Assembly (NCBI RefSeq): GCF_964355755.1
Contig: NC_092671.1
Span: 39,628,304 to 39,692,303 of the forward strand
Direction of reading: 5' to 3'
From: Antedon mediterranea
Lineage: Eukaryota > Animalia > Echinodermata
Length of the DNA: 64,000 nt
Shown: positions 37,023-51,000 of the stretch, in pieces
How positions within the stretch are numbered: position 1 is the stretch's first letter
Layout: each line of letters opens with the position of its first letter
Notes under the pieces: generated by a model
What the model was told of the DNA's origin: nothing
Databases searched by the model: none
Seen by the model: only the letters and a program-made list of their open reading frames with translations
Program-made: the position numbers and the translations under genes

Positions 37023-40000
37023 TATTAGGTTTGGGAATACCTACTGCAGTAGCAAATAGCTATCCAGTAGGTCCATATCAGGTGCTAGCATTCAAAGCTA
37101 GCAGATAACAGAGTATCTCTTAAATACATTCCAGTATATAGACTGTGAGTGATTGTTGACCCACAAAGGATTTTCTTTTTCTGATGCTGCCTTTGCAAAG
37201 TTCTTAGTTAATAAAAACTGATCAGAAAGTAAAAATGTATCGTGACTTTACTCTAGAAGCACATGGTTGATATTATTATCCGTCCTTTTAAAGAAACTTG
37301 TCATAATGTTGAGGATGAAACTTCATATTGTTGAGATTTCTAATAATTAAGGTCTCTGGAAAGAAAAATAAAACTAGGTAAATTTCAATTTCATACTTGT
37401 GTGGCTCCAAAACATGAAAACATCAATCATTGGGGCTGCATTCACATCATGATTTATCTGAAAATGAATGAGAACACTGTTTGTATCGGAAACAGTGGCT
37501 GGTACATTATTAATTTAATTTAAGGTAAATTCAGAATTTCAAGTTACTGTATTTCTTGTTTCTAGGTAAAGATTTTTTTCGAGAAGTAAAAAATGTGTAT
37601 TTAACATGTACTGTATTACTAATAATTTTATATCTAATTAAGTGTTTTAGTATAAATTTATTATATTTTTTGCTTTTTTTTGTTTTGTTTACTGTACTGT
37701 ACGTACAGTAAATATTAAATACAGTTTATTCATAAATTGAATGCATTAACAGAAAGATGCATAAAAGGTTATAGGAGAATGATGGCATTAAAAAGCTATT
37801 TATTTGCAAAAATCTTTTATTTTTCAACTTTGACATTTTTCTATTAAGGTACTGATTACCATTCAATCAGCCCAGACATACTGTAATATATACAATATAT
37901 TTTTTTTTTCCAAAATTGACAATTGCAATAGAAAAACTGTTTATAATATGTAAATTGTTTCTACATTAAAAAATATTACTATAGAGTACAGTATAACATC
38001 ATAAGTTTGTATACAAACATGATGAAACAGCTATGTACCTGTACAGTATGTATGTATACTGTAGCACTTCCTGTTGAATTATGGTATTTAAAATACTGTA
38101 ATAGGTAAATACTACAGAAAAGTAGATTATGAATTTATAACTTCCCACTAACTATTATTACTGACTGTATTTAGGGATCTTCACAAAAGAGCAGTATTTC
38201 ATTAAAAAGTTTAAATATTGTTTTAGTACACAAAACCTGCAAATAATTGTTCAAGATACCACTCTTTTTTGTTCTATTCAGAAATGTATATCGTTTCTTT
38301 CAATTATATATGTCCTAGTATATATTTGTTTGTACAGGTAAATTTTAAATAAATCAGTAGAAAGAAGTTTTTACATGATATTATGATAACTTTTTTTTCT
38401 ATATTTTGTAAATCTTAAAAATAGAAGTTTGATTTGTATATCTTGGTGGCTACCATAAGTTATAAGTTTACCATAACTCATTCATTATGCCTAAAATAAA
38501 TCATAAAATATTTGTTGGTTTGTTGTTTCTGCTGATAACTCTTTTAGAAATTGCTGTGTGCGTTGTATAGGAGGTAGATAAAAACCTATAGGTAACACTT
38601 TGTTCTAAAAATGTAAGGGTTGCATGATCTTACTACTCACTGTACAGCAGGTTCAATGTTTTTTGTTGGGTAAAAGATTAATTTTTATTAATGATTACCA
38701 CCTACCGTACAGTTAGTAACAATCATGCAAAATAAAAATAAATAAGGAGGGGACAGATCTAGGATCAAAAATAGATTTTGAAAAGTACTTATTCACTTTT
38801 TTTTAGTTGAAAGTGCTTGTCTAACAAATATTTCCCTGTAACCACTCTGGCTTGAAAATGAATACCAACAATTGCATATAATAATACATTACAGTATACA
38901 CTAAATGTTTTTCTTTTGTATAATAAATTTAATTGTAGATTACAGTATGGATTTGTGTTTTTTTACATTCTTCAGTGAGGAAAATTGTAATCTTCTTGCT
39001 TATTCTCTATTACTTTCTCTCACTGAGGACGGGTTAGTTTTGCCCGTAAAGCTCTGCAACATTTTTTTCTTTCTAGCCATCGTTTTAATTTAGCTTTTTG
39101 CCTATTTTATTTGTATCTCCATCCATTTAGATCCAGCCAAAAAATAAATTGAAGAGAGAATACAAATCAATATAAGTTAAATCCAAATGTGTATTTATTT
39201 ATTTATTTATATTAATTGTTATTATAATTAAATTAACAAATTGTATAATTATGGAATAAGTAGATAAACAGTGCGTAAATAGCATAACGAAATGGATAAA
39301 ATTATTTTATATTGACAATCTTACGATCCACGTCTGTTTATAGTTATAGGCCTACACAGAGTACTATACTACTCAACACACAGTTAAAAAACAACATGAC
39401 TAGCCTAGGCCAACTTGTCTAGGCTACAGCCAAACAGGGAACACAAAATAGTCAACAATAAAATGAATAATTAATATAGCAATAAAAACAAATACAAAAC
39501 ATCATGAAAAACGTCATAAATTTAGCATTATTTGACGTCTACAGAATATTAAATAATAATAAATAATATTGCGTACAATTCTGGTTTTCTGTCAGAAGAA
39601 TTAAACGGTTTATTATGTTGAATTTCACGACTAAACAGCAAGCCGAGCAGCTGCTGGGAGCAACATCGAGCCTCGCTAGGCTGCTATCGCAAGCTGTTTC
39701 ACAGTTCTGCTTAGCCTAGCTAGTTAGGGAATATCGTACTCGCTCGGGAAAAATAAACATAAAAAAGTAAAGCTAATGTTTAGGCAACATACCTTTTGGG
39801 CCAATCTATAATAATTAAACTTATCATAAATCGTATCGATCCGACAAATATATCCATAATATGTACAATACTCTAAATAAGGATGTTGTATGTTATACAC
39901 TATTTTACAACAACATCTGTAGAATTTGAAGAATATGCAAATTACCATTACACTGGGTTCGCAGGGGCTCTTGGACAAAGTAAACACTGAAAAGCGTTCT

Positions 40001-42026
40001 AAGAAACAGCGCCATATGTATTTTGCTGTACTGTACGTGTGCAAATATTAAAATTTGGATATAATTAAAAGCTAATTTAAGTTATTTAATTTTCGATGTA
40101 CAAATACAAAATTATAAAAAAGACTGAACCGAGATTAATATTGATTTAATTTTGACTGTTTCAGTAGACTGGTGTGCCACGATGAGCATTATAATTGTTT
40201 CCAAGTCAGGTTACATGAGTATGTACAGTATTCTTACCAAATATGTTTTAAAAATGAAATTAAAAATTTGGGGTTGGGGTTTAATTGCACAACGCATATC
40301 TGCACCTTCATCAAGACATTGTGAGAATTTATCAGAGAGAGCACATTGGGGTAGTACGATCTCTCAGAAAAATTAATTATGAACTACTTTTTGACAGACT
40401 ATTAATATTAATCGGTACACAGGAATAGTTTATTACTTACAAACATACAGGCCTATAATTTGCTTCATCTTGTTTGTAATTTTACAAACTTGTGACCTAG
40501 GCCAAAATTAACTTTGCAGATAACTCAATAATAAAATAAATACCCAAACACCAATTGTTCAATTATTAATAATAAAAAGATTTTTTTTAATTTAGTAAGT
40601 AAAGTGTACATATTGAAAGGAAACTATTGCTATGATCTTGTATAGAACATAAAAGTGAATGAACACTAAACACTGACAGCTCATAGTACATTACAATCAA
40701 CAAGAGTAAACAAGGTTTAATCATAATCAATTTATTGTCGAATCATTGTTCACATTCTAAATACTGCGTACCACTATTAATACCAGTCCATCACCGTCTT
40801 TGAATTCCATAATTGATATTGGACTTCAAGGAATAATATTCCCTGACAACTCTAAATCATTAAATGTAACGTTGTACAGTAGTATTGGATTTCATTGACA
40901 CTCAGAATTGTTCTGACGCAAATGCTCAAAATAACTACAAAAATTGGTTTTGGTTTCAGAAATTTGTGTTCCTAAACTTTTAGACATTATTTTTGTTTAA
41001 AAAACATCATGTCAATTTATACAGCATAAAATTAACTGCAAATTAAAATAGAGTAAAACTAAAATTATAAAAGAAGTATGAAAGGAAACAAGAAAAAATA
41101 GTAGAGGGCCTGCTATATGATAAGCAACAGTATAAGAACATCTCTGTATATATACATAAAAAAAAAATTAACTATTTCCTCTAAAAACAATATTTGGCAT
41201 TAAATTATAAGTATCTTTCCTGACTCCATTATTTAAAATTATTTAAACATTTAAAAAATAAAAATCTTATAAAATTCAGAAATTAAAATTAGTGATTGTT
41301 AATAAGCTGCATGAAAGCACAATTTGAATGTCAATTTAATATTCTAAATTTTTGTCTAAAACACTTGATTCATAAAGATAATATAGTGAATATCATTCAT
41401 TTTAATGTACACTTTATTGTTTGATATGTTTCTAATACTTGGTATCTAGTACTTTTCAAGTAAAAATAAAAGCTAAGCTTCAACATTTAACGATAGTTTA
41501 TAAATATATTGTGATCTACTTATAGTCTTGGAAAGGGTACAGTAGTTTAAAATATATTCCACATGAGATACCAGTGCTTACATCAATGGTACAACTCACT
41601 TATTTCAATAGAGCTATTTGTAAACTATTTTATTTATCTATCATTTTGTGATTTAATGTTGTGGTAAAAATACATGCATAATTATACTCTCAACCTTTCA
41701 AAACAGAACCTTGTAAACAAAATAGTACCCAGTAGCAGCAGTAGTAGACAAATTACCATACAACCCTTGTAGACACAATTAATATATAAACCAACTGAAG
41801 CGAGCAAATTCAGATGAACAAATGTTTGTTGTTTGTTGATCAAGAACACAATAGCACATAGCTAACCGGAATTTACTGTACAATAATAATTCAACTGGTG
41901 GGCTTAGAGACCTGAATAATTGAAAAATGGGCTTACAATCGAGCATATGCCTAAACAATATTATTTAGCGTACTTTTCGTTTAGTACCGATTCAAAATAA
42001 ACAATTTCATTTTTTGTTACATGATA

Positions 42027-45000
42027 TTACTGAATAATTTTCAAAGCCTTTGCATAGGTTTCTTGCATCTTTGCTGCAAATCGCTGCAGAATAAAAAAGA
42101 AAGATTTATGTTACAAGAAGAATTAACAATAATCATGATACTTTAGTTTGCTATTAAGACCTAAGCTCTATCTACACTATCAAAGTAGTTTGACAAAACA
42201 ATATGGAAGTGATATACCCAAATATGGTAGTGATATGCTTAAATATGGAAGTGATATGCTTAAATATGGAAGTGATATGCTTAAATATGGTAGTGATATG
42301 CTTAAATATGGAAGTGATATGCTTAAATATGGTAGTGATATGCTTAAATATGGAAGTGATATGCTTAAATATGGTAGTGATATGCTTAAATATGGTAGTG
42401 ATATGCTTAAATATGGTAGTGATATGCTTAAATATGGAAGTGATATGCTTAAATATGGAAGTGATATACTTAAATATGGTAGTGATATGCTTAAATATGG
42501 AAGTGATATGCTTAAATATGGAAGTGATATGCTTAAATATGGTAGTGATATGCTTAAATATGGAAGTGATATACTTAAATATGGTAGTGATATGCTTAAA
42601 TATGGAAGTGATATGCTTAAATATGGAAGTGATATGCTTAAATATGGTAGTGATATGCTTAAATAAGGTAGTGATATGATCTCATGTCCGTATATGGGCA
42701 CATCACATTTTTGTCACATAAAGTGTGATAGTATAGACAGAGGTTAAGTCTGTAAGAGCTTCTAATCAGAGGCATATAGCAACTAACTACTGTGTAGGAT
42801 ACAATAAACTACAAAACGGCCATAACTATATATTGCAGACTATTTATTGTATACATTATCCTACATTGATGTATGAATACTCACCCTTCCGCGTTCTCTG
42901 TCTTTGTCTGCTATCAACACCACCTTCCCTTGTGGTCCCTTGCCTTTCATCAGATTTGCAATTTTCAGCGGACGGCCAAGCGGTCCTCGTTTCACGGGTT
43001 GTTCTTGCTCCTGAAATATTGAAAATAATTTTATTACAAAAATATTTTGTGTAACTGACAAAACCAAGTATTACAACAAAATTAATATAGACACAATCAT
43101 TAGTTGTTCTTAACATATATAGGTAAGGTAAAGGTCCTGTGTTCAATTCTGAACATAGGGTAATGAGCTGTTAGGAGCTCATTTGACAAGACTCGGCATC
43201 ATGTGCCAGGGTGGCCAATTCCTTTCCACTTTGTATACGTATAGACATTTATAAAACAAACTTGAACATGCATTTATATTTAATCATAAACATTTGCCAG
43301 CTACAATAATGAGGTGTTTACATAGAGGATAATTAGTACATCTACGGTTTTGCATACCTTTGGTATCACCTGGATTCCTTTATCCGTAAGTACAGGTGGC
43401 TCTTTTAGTTCTTTCCATGGATGTTGCCAAGCAACGTTCCATCCTCCAAGAACATCTTGTTTTACAAGATATATAACACGTCTGTAACAATTAAAACGTA
43501 TTAAATAAAATAAAATGAAAACTCCTTTTTGGTATTAGAAATTATTTGGCATTATATATCAAGCAAGTATGTGTTACTATTGGTTTCAGTATACATGTTA
43601 TATATTCTTTGATGTGATAGTATCTAACCAACGGAATGGAATTCGATACAATATTTATGACACCTTACAAAAACAACAGCCTCTATACTAAGGTAAAAAT
43701 AACTAAAGCTCTGTCTACACTATCAAATTTTATGTGACAAAAAATGCTCAAATGTTGTAGAGATATGACATCATCATGTCCATTTATAGGAACATCACAA
43801 TTTTTTGTCACAAAAAGTTTGATAGTGTAGACAGGGCTTTAGATAGAATACGATATTTGAAAGGCAATTGTTCTATTCCAGTCAACATGATGTTATACCT
43901 GTCAGTTAGAACAATAACACAATCCTTCATGACTTGAAGATGGTCTACGTAGTCATCTGTCAGTGCAAATTTTCCTTTATCAATTTCTTGCAGTAAAGCA
44001 TTACCAGTGGCTTCATACAGCACATAAGGTCTCACTACATTATCAGGGTGTAGGAACCGTGCAGGTCGCAGCTTCTTCACCTCAGTGGACACCTCTGTTG
44101 CCCTAATAAATTGATAAGATATAATTAATTTAAACCATTTAAAAGGAACAAAAATAAATATACAATTCAACAAGTTAAGTTTGTACTTCATAGACTAGCT
44201 ATCCTCATTTCTGTCATGATGTGAAATTTTTTATTTATTTTCATTTATTTATTTTCCACACATTGTACAAAATAGAACAGATATTTATAATTTAGAAAAG
44301 AAAAAAAGCATAGTCTATACCAGCAAACTCAAAGTTTTAAACTCCAAGTTTGGCAAGAACAGTTTTCAAAAGTTTGCTATGGTGGAAAATTTGACAACCT
44401 CGAATAAATTGTAGAAAAAAAGTTATTACATAAATATATAATAATAGTGTCTACAGCAAAGTGAATTAAAAGTAGGACTAGGCCATAATAGACAAGAGAA
44501 CATGAACCTTCTTGGAAAATTAGCTTGCCGCTAGTTTGTGAACTAGTCGAATCCTAGTATTCTAGTGTAGACTAGACTAGGCACATTTATACTGGCTTTA
44601 AAATACAAAAGGTTCATTTGCAAATAGATATATGCATTTGACATATTGCAACCAAAAATATACTAATTCATATATGTACCTTCGAATTCCTTCAAATGTG
44701 CTACTGGCAAAATCAACTACACCTCCAGTAGGCTTGGCCACAATTCCTGCCAGACCCTTTCCCATGCCTTTGAAAAAGCCTTTTGCTCCTTCCTTTTTCA
44801 CCCCTAAAATGATCAGGAATCAGAAATATAAAAGTTAGTATTGTAATATATGGATCTTTTAATATATTAAACATTATTCCTTTGGAAAATATGGAAATGA
44901 AAATGAGATTTAAGTATTAATTATTTAATTATTTAAGTATATTAAGTATTACCTTGGACTGGTTTTGTGACTACTCCACTAACACCTTCCACAAATCCCT

Positions 45001-48000
45001 ATAAAGACACATCCAACATTTTAAAATGCTCTGTCTAAACTATAAAAATGTTGTCACATAAAGTTTGATAGTGTAGACAGAGTTTAAATGAAGTGTGATG
45101 TGCCCAAATATGGTAGTGATATGACATCATCCTGTCCATGTATGGGCACATCACATTTTTTTTTTCATATAAAGTTTGATAGTGTAGACAGACCTTAAGG
45201 ATATAGCATTAGTGATAACCACCACGTTGGTAAAATAGTAAAGTTTACAAATGACAGGTGTGAAATAAGCCTACCATAACAAGTCCTTTGCCACCTCTTG
45301 CAAACCCTTCCTGCAATGTCTTAGGCTGTCTATTAATAGCTTGCTGTCTTTTTCTTTTGTAGTCATCATCCATTGTCAATGCTGCTAGGCCTTTGCCAAG
45401 TGTGCCAGTGATACGTGATACAGCACCAGCAGCCCCACCTAAATACATATTTTGTTTGATTAACATATCTTCCAAATGTTGACAAAATGTCAATCTTTCA
45501 AATCATAGTTTATTTGTATATCTATATCCAGCTAATACATTTTATGACATTAGGGAGCTATACATTTGTGACAACCTACATTGTGTAATTGGTTGTTACT
45601 TTAATTTACAAACTGCAAAAACTTGTGTCAAAGAATCAAGCAAGGTAGTTCCAATGTCTCTGCATAGACACAGTAAATGAACATGATGTAACTAGTTCAA
45701 AGGTCAAATTAAAGCTTCCCTATTAAAACATCTTCCGGTCTGGCAAATAAAATTGAACATAAATGTTTTGTTTTCACAACGCTCCACTTGCCACTCACAT
45801 ACTGATGGGAGCATCGTGAATACAAAACATTGACGATTATTTGCCAGAGATAGACCAGAGCAGGTGTAAAAAAGTCTAAATATGATAATTATTGACTTAC
45901 CCACAGCATGGCCAAACAGGCTTCTCATACCCAGAGCAACGCCCTCAGCAAATTCTTCAGGACCTTGCACAGCACCCTAGAATATACCAACATTCAAAAT
46001 CTAACATCAACATATGCATACATTATAACTATTGACAATATAACTAACAATTAAATCAAGCCTTTATACAGTATTTCTAAAGCTCTGTCTACACTATCAA
46101 ACTTTATGTGACAACAAAATTTGATGTGCCCATATATGGACATAATGATGCCATATCACTACCATATTTAGGCACATTACACTTTTTTGTCAAACTAGTT
46201 TGATAGTGTAAACAGAGCTTAAGTATCTCGCATAAAAAATGTTATGCTAAGGGTAACAAATATACTGTACCTGATAAGGTTCATAGAACAGATCTTTGAT
46301 TCCAGCTCCCATGCCTTGTACAAATCCAAAGGGATTGCCAATGACATCTAGGCCTAGCACCAATACATATAGCTGTTTAACTGCCTGGTTTGAATAGTGC
46401 TTGGTTAGCTCTAGGGTGAGCTGAGGTTGACTATAAAACTTGCATCGTCGTTCAAAATAACCAAGCCTTAAAAATAATCAATAACACATCTCATCTGAAT
46501 ATGACATCACCGAAATACAAACAAAATCTTTCATAAATATCATAAAAACCATAATTAAATTTTCACCTGAATACGACATCATCAACATTCGTAAGGGTCA
46601 CTCCAACACTCTGTAGCAGCAGGTTGACTGCGTTCTTCCCAAGTTTCATTCCAGGTTTTTTCCGGGTCTGGAAACCACTTTCATCTGCTGCAGCCTCAGC
46701 TCCGGTGTCTGCCAGCGAGAAACTCACATGGATCTGAAATTAAATATTTAGTAAAACTAAATCAAATATGAAATATTTCTAAATTACAAATAAGATCTAA
46801 TGAATACAACATGAATATTGTTTCTGATGTTTCTGGCAAATATATTTGCTAGAATTTGTTATTTGTTAAGTAATTCTTACTTTTAATGGTGATAGATGGA
46901 AGTTATCATAGTAATTTCTATCCATTGACAAAGCAGCTTGCACAGCCTCAGCTTTTATCAAGGGTGATGTAACCACTTCAATATCATCCTCCAATAACTC
47001 GACCTGAAACGCAACCATATTGCAGGTTTAACAGTAATTAGTTTCTATACTTGTTTCTATCATAAAGCACCTGTCATGTTGACATGATCTTGCATTTGAA
47101 TTTTACTTTTATTTTTTATTTATTTTTAATTCAAAGTTAGAACTTACTTCCTTCCCTTCAATTTCTGTATCTGGTTGTAAATAATGTATAAAATTACTCA
47201 AGAAGCCTTGATCTAACTTGACATGCATTTCTTGGATTAAGACCTGGAATATCTTAATCTGTTGCACATTGCTATGCTCAGCATATCCCATAAGGAGACT
47301 CATCTCAATCATTGGCTTCAATGCTGTCAAGGAAAATGTGTATTTGCAATAAATTTCAACACCAGAAAATAATATACAAATGATTAATGTTTATGAGTGC
47401 GATGGTACAAATAATAAATGTTTATGATTGTGATGGTACAAATAATAAATGTTTATGAGTGTGATGGTACAAATAATGAATGTTTATGAGTGTGATGGTA
47501 CAAATAATGAATGTTTATGAGTGTGATGGTACAACTAATGAATGTTAATGAGTGCGATGGTACAAATAATGAATGTATATGAGTCCGATGGTACAAATAA
47601 GGAATGTATATGAGTGCGATGGTACAAACAATGAATGTTTATGAGTGCGATGGTACAAATAATGAATGTATATGAGTGCGATGGTACAAATAATGAATGT
47701 TTATGAGTGCGATGGTACAAATAATGAATATTTATGAGGGCGATGGTACAAATAATGAATGTTTATGAGTGCGATGGTACAAATAATGAATGTTTATGAG
47801 TGCGATGGTACAAATAATTTCAAGAGATGATGATGAAAGGTTATATTTTCATGACTACTGTACAGTTCAGACAAGAAGGTCAGGGTTTCAGTAGGTATAC
47901 AAAAGATTTATTAGTTATAATTTTGTTTTCAAGACAAAAGTTTTGCTATTTGAAACAAATATTTGACTGAAGATTTTCACAAACTGTCAGAAAAAGCATA

Positions 48001-51000
48001 TATGTGCAATTTGAAGGTGGATTAAAACAATATAATAAACCATTAATTAATTGATTAACACGATGGTAGAAGAAAGCATTTGAAAAGAGTAAAATAGACT
48101 GACCATTTTCAGTTGCTACACTCTTTGGTGGCGGAATAGGAGCAAGCACCGTTGAGAATATGGGTGTCTTTGTTTGGTTGTCCATCTGAATTCGGTGGGT
48201 TTTGAGGTGAAACTGGAACTGATGAGGAGATGTTCTCACTTGGGCCCAGACACCTGGATGGTGGGTACGTTTGATGTGGTGTCGCTTGGGATTGTACATT
48301 ACAAGGTTTTCAAAATCCATCTAAAGATATGGTAAATATAATCCATATAGAATTAAAAAAGGAAGGCTAATCAGTACGGATTTTGAGTGAACACAAAATT
48401 AGAGTCTGTCTACACAATCAAACTTTATTTGAACAAAATTGTGATGTGCCCATATATGGACACGATGATCATATCACTACCATATTTGGGTATATCACAC
48501 TTTTTTTGTCAAACTAGTTTGATAGAGTAGACAGAGCTTTACATGTACTATATTAAATAAGTATTATATGTAGTAATAATGACCTCCATGTTTCCAGCTT
48601 TGTATATCGCAGGTGGTGCATTCTTATCCAATTGCTGTTCAGCTTCATACTTCTGATATTCTGCTTCTATCTGTTGAACTTGACCTCCAGCCAAATCACG
48701 GAAACGTCGTCTCTGCTTTGCTTGCCATATAATTCCAGAACTACCGTATATATAAAAAAAATAAATAAAAGCCACATCTGATTTTACAATAGCAAAATAT
48801 GAAAACAAAATAGTAAATTGTTTAAATAAAAGGTAAATAAAAGTATACCTTGTAATTCCAATGTATGCCACTTCAGTTCGTGTGTAGTTGTTGACCATTG
48901 AAAGACCCACACCCTCCAAACTGAGATTTAACTCTAAGCTTACTTGTTCCAATTCGCCAGCCTAAATATTAGAATAACATTAGTACTGTAGTAAACAATT
49001 AATACAAACAGTTAAAACATGAGCCTTTAAATTAGGTCCATTGTTAAACATTGTTTTGGACTTTCTATAAAATATGAAAATACCTGCTGAGCTTTGGTAG
49101 CAATGACAATATCTTCAGTAAACAAGAGAACACGTTGTCTGCCATCCAAGAATGACACCCAGTACAGTTTGGCTTTCTTGTTTGTGGTAATCTTAATCTC
49201 ACCAATACCATCCTAATAGTTTAAACAATCAATAAGTAGAATATATGAAAACATAGTGTAAGATTGGGGAGCACAGTACATGCACAAAATATGACACAAT
49301 TAGGCGCAGAGTCAACCAGTTGACACAAGTGATGTAAACAGGGTAGAGACTAGCTGCCATAAGGTCAATTTACACAGAAAAGTGGTAACAGTAACACAAA
49401 TATAGAATCTATGATCTTATGACCATTTATACACAACGCGGAGCGAACGTGTGGTTTTTCGCTCAGGATAGATACAGATTCTACGTGGGACGAGCTACGG
49501 TTTTCCGCTTATGTTACTGCTTGTCTGTGTAAATCGGCCTATATTGTAAGGTCCTTTTCTAGCAGTTGATGCTCTAGTAAATCATACAACCCATTTGGAA
49601 TGCACACAACAACCAAATTAGTGGTAATTCAATATAGAAATCAGTGGTATGATGAGTTTACCTTGACCAGGTCATTCTTGAGGGTTTTATCAGCAACCTT
49701 GAGCACAAGTTGTCTGTCTTTGGTTGGTACTTGCCATGTGTATAGAATGCACTCATTAGGGCCTAGGCTTGATTCATCATTCACACCTCTGTAATAACAC
49801 AAATATACATTTCCGATGTGTTACAAAAAACAGTCAAAAACCAACAGGATATTATTGAAGAAGTGATATTCACTTTATTTCTAAAAACATTGAACAGCAA
49901 TAATAAACCTACGCTTAGATGGTGGCGCTGTTTTAGCTATGAGAAGAACGGTATAATGAGTGGATATGAATCCAGGACTCTGATTGCTCATCAAGCAACC
50001 ACAGACCTATGATACAACTACTATCAAATTGTCAGCCTTAAGCTCTATCTACACTATCAAACTAGTTTATCCAAAAAAAGTGTGATATGCCAAAATATGG
50101 TAGTGATATGCCCAAATATGGTAGTGATATGACATCATATGTCCATACATGGGCACATGACACTCTTTTGTCACATAAAGTTTGATAGTGTAGACAGAGC
50201 TTTATACTTTGAAAAATATGTGAACAAATAGTTAATACAAAAGGAATAACTTACTGTTGATTGTATTTGACATCATAATCTGTAGTGTTTACAAGTTTGA
50301 CTGTAAAATTACCCTGTTTGAAGCCATGGATAGCAACTACCTTAGCAGTCTCTGTTAGCTGCGTTTCTGCCGTTATGCCTCCAACCTGTAATGAATCAAT
50401 CCAAGTAGGATTAAGTCTAGTCTAAGGTCTAGACAGACAGATTTTGGCAAAGATGGCATGTCATAACTATTATACATGAGCTGGTGACAGGCTACGTAAA
50501 AAGAAATAACCCAAGTCTAAAGAAAGTTAAATTAATTCGTTTTAAAAACATTATGTAATGTTAATCTATAGATGGTACTGTATGTATAAAATGTCACCCT
50601 CTTTGTTGTACAAGGGAAGTAAATTAGTGTGTAATTTCAATCTTTCCTGGTTGTACATTGTTGTACAGATTAAGAAGGAAAGCTTCATTTGATAAACAAT
50701 GTAGATTGTAGATATTAGATAGATATTAGGTGTGATAAAACATTTGTGTGTGTTGTCCTTACCTCCTCCATCTTGAGGACTGTGGTGTGAGGGTCTGTAA
50801 ACAGGAACGGTTCAGAGAACTGCTTTTGACCCTTTAGTTTGACTACAAGTGTTCGCTGGTTTGTATGGTCAACTGGCCAGAAAGGAATACACTGTAAAAT
50901 ACATTATGTGATTAAAATCATAGACGATCAAAATAATGAAAGCACTCATAAACTGTGAAGTACTTGGCAAAATATTGCCACAGAGGGTGCATGTTGATAT

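Noticed and set aside
42148-42701. ORFs (KYGSDML)n and (LPYLSIS)n; superficially CRISPR-like array
   Set aside because: A 21-bp minisatellite without spacers inside a MITE in a VPS13 intron; eukaryotic context.
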